Assembly (NCBI GenBank): GCA_016782605.1
Contig: JADHYE010000004.1
Location: forward strand, 1-48,971
Direction of reading: 5' to 3'
Source: Minisyncoccota bacterium
GTDB taxonomy: Bacteria > Patescibacteriota > Minisyncoccia > Minisyncoccales > RBG-13-42-11
Length of the DNA stretch: 48,971 bases
Below, in pieces: positions 38,603 through 45,304 of this stretch. Position 1 is the first letter of the stretch. Every line of letters starts with the position of its first letter. The notes beneath the pieces were generated by a model. The model had not been told where the DNA came from. It saw only the letters and a program-made list of their open reading frames with translations, and made no database searches. The translations under genes were made by a program, and so were the position numbers.

Positions 38603-38670
38603 TCCTTCAGACCTCCTTTCCCTTATGCTAATAAAACAATGCCACATTTCTGTGGTATTGTCAATAATTT

Positions 38671-38710
38671 AGCTCCCCTGGGGCTATGGGGCGATGTTAG
38701 AACCTGGTTT
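38671..38710. repeat. Junction repeat R5 (family A, right half only)
   Basis: AGCTCCCCTGGGGCTATGGGGCGATGTTAGAACCTGGTTT. Confidence 0.8.
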
Positions 38711-38755
38711 GAAAAATAATTAATAAAATTTTATTTCAGCATTTTTATAAATTAA

Positions 38756-39391
38756 TTATTCCCAACTTATTTTATATTCATGATAAGGATCTCCCCTAAA
38801 GGTGCATTGTGTTTCTTCCGCTTGAACCTTCTTTTTCCCAATTAATTCAAAAAGTCCTATAAAATATCCTTTTATATATAGACAAACTAAAGGATGGAGC
38901 CCGTATTCTTTTAACCTAAATATTAAATATTTATTAGCTTCGTTAATTTCATGTGGTTCAATTTCTCCATAATCAACGTTTTTATGCCAAAGCTTAGGGG
39001 CTGCCCAAAATGCTGTTTTTGCAGAAACAAGATATTTAAAAGCCATTTTCATAACAAAAGAATGTCTGGGAGAAAACCTTCCCAAATTAACAATATCTTC
39101 ATTATTCCAATTGAACTGTTCTCGAAAAACCAACATAAAAACAGCACAAAAAGGATCCTTATACCATTCATAAGACTTTATATCTCCAAGCATCAAGGGA
39201 TAACCAAGTTCCCTTAATCTGTCCTCCATCTTTTCCACGGCTCTTTCGCCCTCTCTTTTTTTCAAATAAATCAAATTATCTCTTAAAAGCTCACCCCTCA
39301 TACTTCCTTCAATTCTCATTAATATATCTATCTTTTCTTTTAAGGTTTTCCCGTCTTCTATTTCTTTTAATAATTTTTGGCTATCAATCAT
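38756..39391 (-). CDS. Hypothetical protein (cassette ORF)
   Basis: 211-aa intact ORF. No motif I can name with confidence. Confidence 0.55.
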   Translation of the reverse strand: MIDSQKLLKEIEDGKTLKEKIDILMRIEGSMRGELLRDNLIYLKKREGERAVEKMEDRLRELGYPLMLGDIKSYEWYKDPFCAVFMLVFREQFNWNNEDIVNLGRFSPRHSFVMKMAFKYLVSAKTAFWAAPKLWHKNVDYGEIEPHEINEANKYLIFRLKEYGLHPLVCLYIKGYFIGLFELIGKKKVQAEETQCTFRGDPYHEYKISWE

Positions 39392-39423
39392 TTTTTATTT
39401 TTAAATAGTTAATTATTATTCTA

Positions 39424-39500
39424 TTCTACCAAAAAACCGCCCTCTTGTGAAAGCGGCCAAAATCTACTCCCCTGGGGCTATGGGACGATGTTAGAACCTG
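39424..39500. repeat. Junction repeat R6 (family A, full)
   Basis: TTCTACC-A6-CCGCCCTCTTGTGAAAGCGG...CTCCCCTGGGGCTATGGGACGAT-GTTAGAACCTG. Confidence 0.85.
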
Positions 39501-39515
39501 CTTTATTAAGATAAA

Positions 39516-40007
39516 TTAGCTCCTCTTTATTGTTTCATTCCTTAACTTCATCCAAATCTTCCCTAATTCATTTCTTCCGTCTCTTTTCTTGCCCCATCCC
39601 CAAAAATAATCTTTCGGAGAGTCTTCGACAATTTTTCTTTTTCCGGTTTGCAATAACTTATGCATTACATAAGGATTCTGATTTAATTTGTGCCTGAGTA
39701 TGTCTTCCATAATCGCTACTTTTTTCTTTACCCAATTTATTGGATCTTTATGTGCATTCGCGTTGGCAATTCTTTTGGCTTCGTCTGCCGATTTAGCTTT
39801 ATAAATTTTTTCTACCAAATCAGGCGCGGTTTTAAAAAAATGCGCGGCTTGATATGCATGTTCAGAAGTCGGCCATAGCCTTCCATTCCATCTAACTGCA
39901 AAACTGGAAAAGTTAGAAAAACAATAAAATTCTCTTTCGTAAAATCCGACAATTTTACCTGAAGTTTCTAATTGAGGATCTCTATTTTGATATTTTGTTT
40001 TTAACAT
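39516..40007 (-). CDS. NADAR-family (DUF1768/YbiA-like) protein (cassette ORF)
   Basis: 163 aa; FSNFS...W.TSEHAYQA...and C-terminal GRNELGKIWMKLR, matching the NADAR signature pattern. Confidence 0.75.
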   Translation of the reverse strand: MLKTKYQNRDPQLETSGKIVGFYEREFYCFSNFSSFAVRWNGRLWPTSEHAYQAAHFFKTAPDLVEKIYKAKSADEAKRIANANAHKDPINWVKKKVAIMEDILRHKLNQNPYVMHKLLQTGKRKIVEDSPKDYFWGWGKKRDGRNELGKIWMKLRNETIKRS

Positions 40008-40025
40008 ATAAAGTTTGCTGACCGA

Positions 40026-40045
40026 GTGATGCTAGAACTTATTTT
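40026..40045. repeat. Junction repeat R7 (degenerate right-end motif)
   Basis: GTGATGCTAGAACTTATTTT, compared with the consensus GCGATGTTAGAACCTGKTTT. Confidence 0.45.
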
Positions 40046-40058
40046 TTGATAAACTAAC

Positions 40059-40083
40059 GAAAAACCCCTTAAAGGGGTTTTTC
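40059..40083 (-). terminator. Intrinsic terminator of the RRM gene
   Basis: Perfect 11-bp stem GAAAAACCCCT / AGGGGTTTTTC with a 3-nt loop, 6 nt after the stop codon. Confidence 0.7.
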
Positions 40084-40089
40084 AATTTC

Positions 40090-40413
40090 TTACCAGCGAT
40101 CTCTGCTACCTCTGTCAGATCCTCTGTCGCCGCGGTTGAATCCGCCTTGTCTGGGAGCTCTTGGCTCCATCGGACGGGCTTCATTCACGGTAACGTTCCT
40201 GCCTTCGATCTCTTTGCCGTTGAACATTTCAATCGCTTTTTGTGCCTCTTCGTCAGTAGACATTTCTACGAAGCCGAATCCTTTTGAACGGTTGCTCATC
40301 CTGTCTATAATGACGGCTGCCGATTCAACTGTTCCAGCTGCGGAAAAAGTTTCCTTTAAAGTGGCATCGGTGGTGTTGTAAGACAATCCACCTACATATA
40401 ATTTTTTAGCCAT
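40090..40413 (-). CDS. RRM-type RNA-binding protein with an RG-rich tail
   Basis: 107 aa; RNP-2 LYVGGL and RNP-1 KGFGFVEM. GC-richer than the flanking sequence. Confidence 0.85.
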   Translation of the reverse strand: MAKKLYVGGLSYNTTDATLKETFSAAGTVESAAVIIDRMSNRSKGFGFVEMSTDEEAQKAIEMFNGKEIEGRNVTVNEARPMEPRAPRQGGFNRGDRGSDRGSRDRW

Positions 40414-40687
40414 GTTTATTTTAATGATTTTATTATCAGTAAGCCGACCAACTATCTTATTTCTATTCTACGGCTTACTTTTAATAAAACCTCAAAAGAA
40501 ATGCAATAGATACTTACCTTATTATGATAGCTTATTATCAATAAAAAGTCAAGGAGTTATTTTTTACTCCTGTGTTTTTTCTTTAAACCGATTTTGTGGC
40601 GATGCTTTAAAACGAACTTTCTGTGGAGCCGTTTATTTCTGTTTTTGTTCGGATTGCATGAATTTTTCATATAGTTTAATCAATTTT

Positions 40688-40939
40688 CTATCCTTCCTTA
40701 ATGCTTTCTTTTTCTTTCAATACCGAGGAAGTAAGCCATAAAACAAACGGTCTCCTAAGCTTATCTATGGACCAATTATCGTCCTTAAAAAGCGAGGCTT
40801 TTTCCGTTTTAAAGCGGGAAAGTAAAGAAATAGTGGCTTTCAAATTTACCGGAGACAATCTGTTGTGCTCTTCTAAAAACTCCTCTTTCTTTAAGTGTTG
40901 GTTTATAACTTTTTGAACTTTTTTGAATCTTGGAATCAT
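40688..40939 (-). CDS. Hypothetical small protein (cassette ORF)
   Basis: 83 aa from the ATG at 40939; the track start at 40960 is a TTG. A TTGCTC-N17-TATAAT promoter lies upstream. Confidence 0.4.
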   Translation of the reverse strand: MIPRFKKVQKVINQHLKKEEFLEEHNRLSPVNLKATISLLSRFKTEKASLFKDDNWSIDKLRRPFVLWLTSSVLKEKESIKEG

Positions 40940-41058
40940 GTTTTTAAAAATAAAAAACAACTCCTAATAACGGTGAGTCGCAAATAGTACTATTAAGTGT
41001 TTTTAAATGATAATCTAATAACTATTTGTAGTTCAAAACTCTCAAAACCTATATTTCT

Positions 41059-41087
41059 ATTATAGCACTATTCTCTTAAAAGAGCAA
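41059..41087 (-). promoter_or_regulatory. Sigma70-like promoter (TTGCTC-N17-TATAAT)
   Basis: Read on the minus strand upstream of the 40688-40939 ORF. Confidence 0.4.
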
Positions 41088-41132
41088 TCCCAAAAGAAAA
41101 AAATCTCAGACAAGACGTGTCCGCCTATAAAA

Positions 41133-41152
41133 CGATGTTAGGAACCTGTTTT
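41133..41152. repeat. Junction repeat R8 (right-end motif only)
   Basis: CGATGTTAGGAACCTGTTTT, 20 nt after the stop of the hydrolase ORF. Confidence 0.6.
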
Positions 41153-41171
41153 ATGGATATATAAATATAAG

Positions 41172-41744
41172 TTAGAGAAAAACCTTGTCGTGCCTACTTT
41201 TTATAAAAGTAATAACTTTTGGTATAAAATTTTCACTGTTTATTATATTGTCATGATTTGTATCGGGAATCACTATGCCAATATAATCTTTAAGAAGGCC
41301 ACTCTTTCTTGGCCACACCTTTAATTCTGATTCAGGAATAAAATTTACTGTTTCTTCTGGTAATGACACTTTTGCCAGCTCTTTAATTTTTTTTCTAAAA
41401 GGTAATAGTTCCCGGGCTGCAGGAACCATAGTAAGAAATAAGGCCTGCCAACTTCCTCCATGAGGTACAGCTACAAAGATAATACTACTAATGTTTTTCT
41501 TAACTTCTGGATAATGATGAATAATATATTTCAATACAATGCCGCCAAAGCTATGAGCAATAATATCATGTTTTTCAGAAGTTTCTGTGAGTTGTTTTTT
41601 TACTATTTCTGAAGTATTTTTAAGTCCTCGGGTATTTAAGCCCAAATCAATGACTTTAGCAGTAAGCCCCACCTTCTGAAGTTTATTCAATAAAGGATTA
41701 TAGCGTTCTCTTGTCCCGAAAAGTCCTGGAATAATAATAATCAT
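41172..41744 (-). CDS. Small alpha/beta hydrolase (lipase/PGAP1-like) (cassette ORF)
   Basis: 190 aa; AHSFGG nucleophile elbow and N-terminal IIIIPG. A degenerate repeat left arm (CAAAAAACCACCTGATTGGCGATTT) lies just upstream at 41757-41786. Confidence 0.65.
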   Translation of the reverse strand: MIIIIPGLFGTRERYNPLLNKLQKVGLTAKVIDLGLNTRGLKNTSEIVKKQLTETSEKHDIIAHSFGGIVLKYIIHHYPEVKKNISSIIFVAVPHGGSWQALFLTMVPAARELLPFRKKIKELAKVSLPEETVNFIPESELKVWPRKSGLLKDYIGIVIPDTNHDNIINSENFIPKVITFIKSRHDKVFL

Positions 41745-41782
41745 GTTTCCTCGTTATGCAAAAAACCACCTGATTGGCGATT

Positions 41783-42112
41783 TCAATAATTATAAATATT
41801 TATAGAGTTTAATGTTTGATTGAATGAATCCACCAACCTTTCAGTAGACCAAATCGTAACAATTATAGATATTATGGTCAAAATTAAAGCGGCAATACCG
41901 ATTCTTTTTAATTTGCCGTCTTTCTGTTTTAAATATTTCCACACATACCAAAGTCCGAATGGTGGCAAAAATAGACTAACTGCATATACAACTATCTGCG
42001 TTGACAACGATATTGAAGGAGGCCTGTCTCTTTGCGGCTTTCCGCAATTAGGACAAGACAATGCTTCATCAGATATTTCGTGTCCGCATTCTTTGCATTT
42101 TACTAGTGCCAT
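41783..42112 (-). CDS. Zinc-ribbon membrane protein
   Basis: 109 aa; CKECGHEI..CPNCG zinc ribbon followed by two TM helices. Confidence 0.6.
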   Translation of the reverse strand: MALVKCKECGHEISDEALSCPNCGKPQRDRPPSISLSTQIVVYAVSLFLPPFGLWYVWKYLKQKDGKLKRIGIAALILTIISIIVTIWSTERLVDSFNQTLNSINIYNY

Positions 42113-42117
42113 AATTT

Positions 42118-42417
42118 TTAACCCTTTTTGTCTAATTTATCTAATTTCAGCAGTTTAACGCCGAAATAAACGACAAAGGCAATTACGAAAAAATCAATGA
42201 TAACGCTGAGAAAATCTCCCCATAATATTTTTACTTGCCCGACAGCCAAGCTGGCATTTTCCAAACCTTCAACCCTGCCGAGAAAAATACTGAGAGTTGG
42301 GTTTATAATATCTCCGACCAATGCTGACACTAATTTGGAAACAGCGCCGCCCAGAATAAAACCAACTGCCAAACCGACAACGCCCTGTTTCCTTATAAAA
42401 TTAACGAATCCCGACAT
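42118..42417 (-). CDS. mscL: Large-conductance mechanosensitive channel
   Basis: 99 aa; FIRKQGVVGLAVGFILGGA...DIINP, typical of the MscL TM1/periplasmic loop. The C-terminus is short. Confidence 0.8.
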   Translation of the reverse strand: MSGFVNFIRKQGVVGLAVGFILGGAVSKLVSALVGDIINPTLSIFLGRVEGLENASLAVGQVKILWGDFLSVIIDFFVIAFVVYFGVKLLKLDKLDKKG

Positions 42418-42450
42418 ATTTTTAAAGTTAATTAATATTAATTCTTTGTT

Positions 42451-42816
42451 TTACCCTCCCAAACACCCCTTTGCCTTGAAAAAATCAATAGGACCAGGGG
42501 AAGCGCCCCCCATTATTTCTTGTACCCGCTCTGCGCCCAATGTCTCTGTGAAACACTTTTCCATTTCAGGGGTTATTTGTGTGGGCAAACTCCCAACATC
42601 AACACCAATTGTTTCCAATAATCTTTCTTGCTCATTACTAAGCAAAGGATGCTTGTCACCCCCTCCAGTAGTAATTGGAGTATTAGTTTGGAAGCCAGTC
42701 AACAAATTAGACAAAAGTGGCTTTAAATTAAACGGGTCAAGGATAATAAAGATAGCAATGGCAATAATAAGAACAAGGAAAATAATGCCTAATGTTATAA
42801 AGATAGTTTTCAACAT
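42451..42816 (-). CDS. Hypothetical membrane-anchored protein
   Basis: 121 aa; one N-terminal TM helix. No recognisable family. Confidence 0.5.
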   Translation of the reverse strand: MLKTIFITLGIIFLVLIIAIAIFIILDPFNLKPLLSNLLTGFQTNTPITTGGGDKHPLLSNEQERLLETIGVDVGSLPTQITPEMEKCFTETLGAERVQEIMGGASPGPIDFFKAKGCLGG

Positions 42817-42849
42817 ATTTTTAATAATTTATTTTTGACCTTTACGCTA

Positions 42850-42998
42850 TTCTACCACTTCGACAAGTTCAGTGTAAACAAAAAACCGCCGAAATGGCGA
42901 TTTTTATCGTGGCTTGCCCTGAGCGAGCGAAGCGAGTCGAATGGGCTCCCCTGGTTGGACGATGCCTGCCCTGAGTCGCATCGAAGGGTTAGAACCTG
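42850..42998. repeat. Junction repeat R9 (family B, full, with an internal partial duplication)
   Basis: TTCTACC...A6-CCGCCGAAATGGCG-ATTTTTATCGTGGCTTGCCCTGAGCGAGCGAAGCGAGTCGAATGGGCTCC...GCCTGCCCTGAGTCGCATCGAAGG-GTTAGAACCTG. Confidence 0.85.
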
Positions 42999-43011
42999 TT
43001 TAGTGGGATAA

Positions 43012-43518
43012 TTATTTCTTCTTTATCAACTTAAAAGCAAGTTCAACTGCATTTTTGGCACTATTGACACCAATAATCTTCACTTTTTTCTTATTATCCA
43101 TATATTTCCCAATAAAAGGCTCTGGCATTCCTTTGAGACCCTTTATAACTATTATTGGTTTAGAGTACGTATATCCATAAGCCATCTCACAAAAAGTTCC
43201 AACTCCTCCACCAATTGATATTATTGCATCGGCCGAAAAGGCAATTATTTGATTTCTGGCAAATCCTACACCAGTTAAAATTGGTATATCTATGTATTTA
43301 CTGACATTTGTTAAATCGGAATCTGGAGATATCCCAATAGACAACCCTCCATTTTGCTTCGCTCCTTTTGCAACAGCATTAGCTACGCCTCTATTCTTTC
43401 CGCCACATAATACAATACCGCCCCTTAAAGCAATTTCCTTCCCAACCCTTTCAGCAATCTTTAAATGAATTCTTTTTGCGTATTTATCGTGGCCGATAAC
43501 ACTAATTAATTTTTTCAT
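43012..43518 (-). CDS. LOG/TIGR00725-family (SLOG-like Rossmann) protein (cassette ORF)
   Basis: 168 aa from the ATG at 43518. GGGVGTFCE matches the LOG-family PGGxGTxxE motif. The upstream ATG at 43527 lies inside the TAGAAT hexamer of repeat R10. Confidence 0.65.
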   Translation of the reverse strand: MKKLISVIGHDKYAKRIHLKIAERVGKEIALRGGIVLCGGKNRGVANAVAKGAKQNGGLSIGISPDSDLTNVSKYIDIPILTGVGFARNQIIAFSADAIISIGGGVGTFCEMAYGYTYSKPIIVIKGLKGMPEPFIGKYMDNKKKVKIIGVNSAKNAVELAFKLIKKK

Positions 43519-43526
43519 ATACTTCA

Positions 43527-43626
43527 TTCTACCAAAAAACCGCCGGATTGGCGATTTTTATCGTGACTTGCCCTGAGCGAGCGAAGCGAGTCGAATGGGC
43601 TCCCGTAGTCGATCTAGAACCTGTGG
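43527..43626. repeat. Junction repeat R10 (family B, full)
   Basis: TTCTACC-A6-CCGCCGGATTGGCG-ATTTTTATCGTGACTTGCCCTGAGCGAGCGAAGCGAGTCGAATGGGCTCC..GATCTAGAACCTGTGG. Confidence 0.85.
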
Positions 43627-43756
43627 TTTAAGGAGAAAATTAGGGCTTTTTGGGAGTGTCTCACAATGCATCTCGGTCGGGGCTATTTTAAGCTAAAATG
43701 AGACAAATGAAACACTGTAAAGGGGTATGTCGAAGTGTCTCATTTTGAAAGAAATA

Positions 43757-43784
43757 GTCCGCGACCTTGTAACAAGTCGCGGAC
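43757..43784 (-). terminator. Near-perfect palindromic hairpin after the GC-rich two-gene operon
   Basis: GTCCGCGACCTTGT / ACAAGTCGCGGAC with a one-base bulge, followed by a T-rich stretch on the minus strand. Confidence 0.55.
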
Positions 43785-43808
43785 CTTAATCTTCGCTTTT
43801 CTTTCCCT

Positions 43809-44399
43809 TTAATCACCTAGCCAGATGTATGCTGTTGGCCCGAATTCTCTCGTGGATTCAACGATGTGACCTTCCCTCCGAAGGTAGCCAATAGCGCCTC
43901 TGATAGCTTGCCTAGCCCTTTTAATATTGGGCGGATTGCAAAGACGCATAAAATGATTTGGTGTATAACATGAAAGAACACCATCATCGCTGAGAATTTC
44001 ATCAATCGGCACAGGCCTACCTTGCTGTCGTTTTAAGACTTTCATTACGCAACGATATAATTCATGGCCTTCTACGACATAATGCCATCCTCCCCAGTAG
44101 TGCGGGTTTTGTTCCGGCTCTTCTACATCGGGACGATTGTGATTCATCAGTTGTTCCAGAGAATAATTGGAGGTTATCCACACGGCACATTGTACAAATC
44201 CCAACCATCGGAATGCTTTTTCTCTCCGTCCTTCTTTGACAAATTGTTCTATTTTTTTCAGCATTCCGTGACAGTGAGCAAGCCCGTAATCTATAGAATC
44301 AAGTATTAACTCGTGCGGATAGTCAATGGGTTCAATGCCTTTTGTCTCAAAAAACTTGCGATATGTCTGGACCACTTCTAATATTTTCGCATTATCCAT
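43809..44399 (-). CDS. Hypothetical protein (196 aa), second gene of the GC-rich operon
   Basis: SD AAGGAG 6 nt before the ATG. Cys/His/Trp-rich, with a possible winged-helix-like C-terminus (RGAIGYLRREGHIV). No family recognised. Confidence 0.6.
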   Translation of the reverse strand: MDNAKILEVVQTYRKFFETKGIEPIDYPHELILDSIDYGLAHCHGMLKKIEQFVKEGRREKAFRWLGFVQCAVWITSNYSLEQLMNHNRPDVEEPEQNPHYWGGWHYVVEGHELYRCVMKVLKRQQGRPVPIDEILSDDGVLSCYTPNHFMRLCNPPNIKRARQAIRGAIGYLRREGHIVESTREFGPTAYIWLGD

Positions 44400-44409
44400 T
44401 TGCTACTCC

Positions 44410-45135
44410 TTAAGGGTCCTGCTTTTCTTTTACCCACGGTTTCGCCGCTTCTAAAAATCGACGAACTTTCTTTAGGTCAAAGACCTTGTCATTTTCCGAT
44501 CTCAACAAGGTTTCAGCATCAATCCAGATCTGACCGGTGGCCACTTTAGAGATTTTCTCCATTTCTTCCTGCAGATTATCGGGCGAAAGTCCTCCAGCAT
44601 AGCCACAGTATTGATTTGACGGCTGCTTCGGCCATTCGTTTGGCAGTAATCCGATCCCGCCTGATTGGTCGAACAGAGGAAATGCCGCGATTCCCCATCT
44701 AGCGTCCTGGGAATAGAAGATTCTCTCGTTCACGCCATCCATCTGAAAGATGATGGGTTTGTCAGGAAGATATTGCCTGATTAAATCGGAAAATTTCCTG
44801 TCATCGACCGGATGATGCTCGGCATGAAAGTTCAGCTGGAAACGGCTGAACATCTTCCAGGTATATCCGAACTCTTCGAAAAAACTCGGCACACCAAGAC
44901 ATAGGTTTCGCACCCATTCACCGCATATGTGACCAGACAGGGCAAGGTTCTCGTATCGCCACAAGATATACAGTTTCTCCCACCAATTACGGGACGGGAA
45001 TCTCTTATTCCCCTGTTGTTTCTTCGACAATAGGATGCCGAATTCAACAAAGGGATAATCCCTGGCGATCGGAACCAACTCTTCCGGCCGAATGCTGTCG
45101 TCTGCTCCAGTAACAGTAACAACTCTAATAGCCAT
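44410..45135 (-). CDS. Phosphoribosylanthranilate-isomerase (TrpF)-like TIM-barrel protein
   Basis: 241 aa. Motif order matches TrpF: VVTVTGADD (VKICGIT), QLNFH (LQLHG), LFDQSGGIG (LLD..GGTG), YAGGLSPDNL (LAGGLNPDNV), WIDAE (VDVSSGVE). SD AGGAGGGAG is present. No other trp genes are nearby. Confidence 0.5.
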   Translation of the reverse strand: MAIRVVTVTGADDSIRPEELVPIARDYPFVEFGILLSKKQQGNKRFPSRNWWEKLYILWRYENLALSGHICGEWVRNLCLGVPSFFEEFGYTWKMFSRFQLNFHAEHHPVDDRKFSDLIRQYLPDKPIIFQMDGVNERIFYSQDARWGIAAFPLFDQSGGIGLLPNEWPKQPSNQYCGYAGGLSPDNLQEEMEKISKVATGQIWIDAETLLRSENDKVFDLKKVRRFLEAAKPWVKEKQDP

Positions 45136-45200
45136 GTTAATGTGCTCCCTCCTTTCTTTTAGTATCTTCTTTCTACAATATGCCGCAAAAAAGTCAACCC

Positions 45201-45297
45201 ATCTACCAAAAAACCGCCGAAATGGCGATTTTTATCGTGGCTTGCCCTGAGCGAGCGAAGCGAGTCGAATGGGCTCCGGAGGTAGGATTCGAACCTC
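45201..45297. repeat. Junction repeat R11 (family B, terminal copy next to gap)
   Basis: ATCTACC-A6-CCGCCGAAATGGCG-ATTTTTATCGTGGCTTGCCCTGAGCGAGCGAAGCGAGTCGAATGGGCTCC-GGAGGTAGGATTCGAACCTC. The right end has diverged. Confidence 0.8.
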
Positions 45298-45304
45298 TTA
45301 AATA

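Noticed and set aside
40412-40741. 109-aa plus-strand ORF upstream of the RRM gene
   Set aside because: It runs antisense through the RRM promoter and leader and into the next cassette ORF. The translation is hydrophobic and of low complexity, and it has no start context.
42197-42838. 213-aa plus-strand ORF
   Set aside because: Antisense to three consecutive minus-strand genes with clear features (mscL and two membrane proteins). The translation is Pro/Ser/Thr-rich and of low complexity.
45268-45297. tRNA 3'-half remnant (GGATTCGAACC T-loop-like sequence) that would indicate island integration into a tRNA gene
   Set aside because: Hand folding gives only a 3-bp T-stem and no acceptor or anticodon arms. 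The segment aligns better as the diverged right end of junction repeat R11. Other repeat copies (TGGCTCCCCTGG..) do not fold as tRNA either.
35863-45297. Integron integrase, transposase or other recombinase within or flanking the cassette array
   Set aside because: None of the ORF translations in the array or in the adjacent genes shows tyrosine- or serine-recombinase or DDE-transposase motifs. The array is bounded by acs and gap. Absence from the window does not exclude a recombinase elsewhere in the genome.
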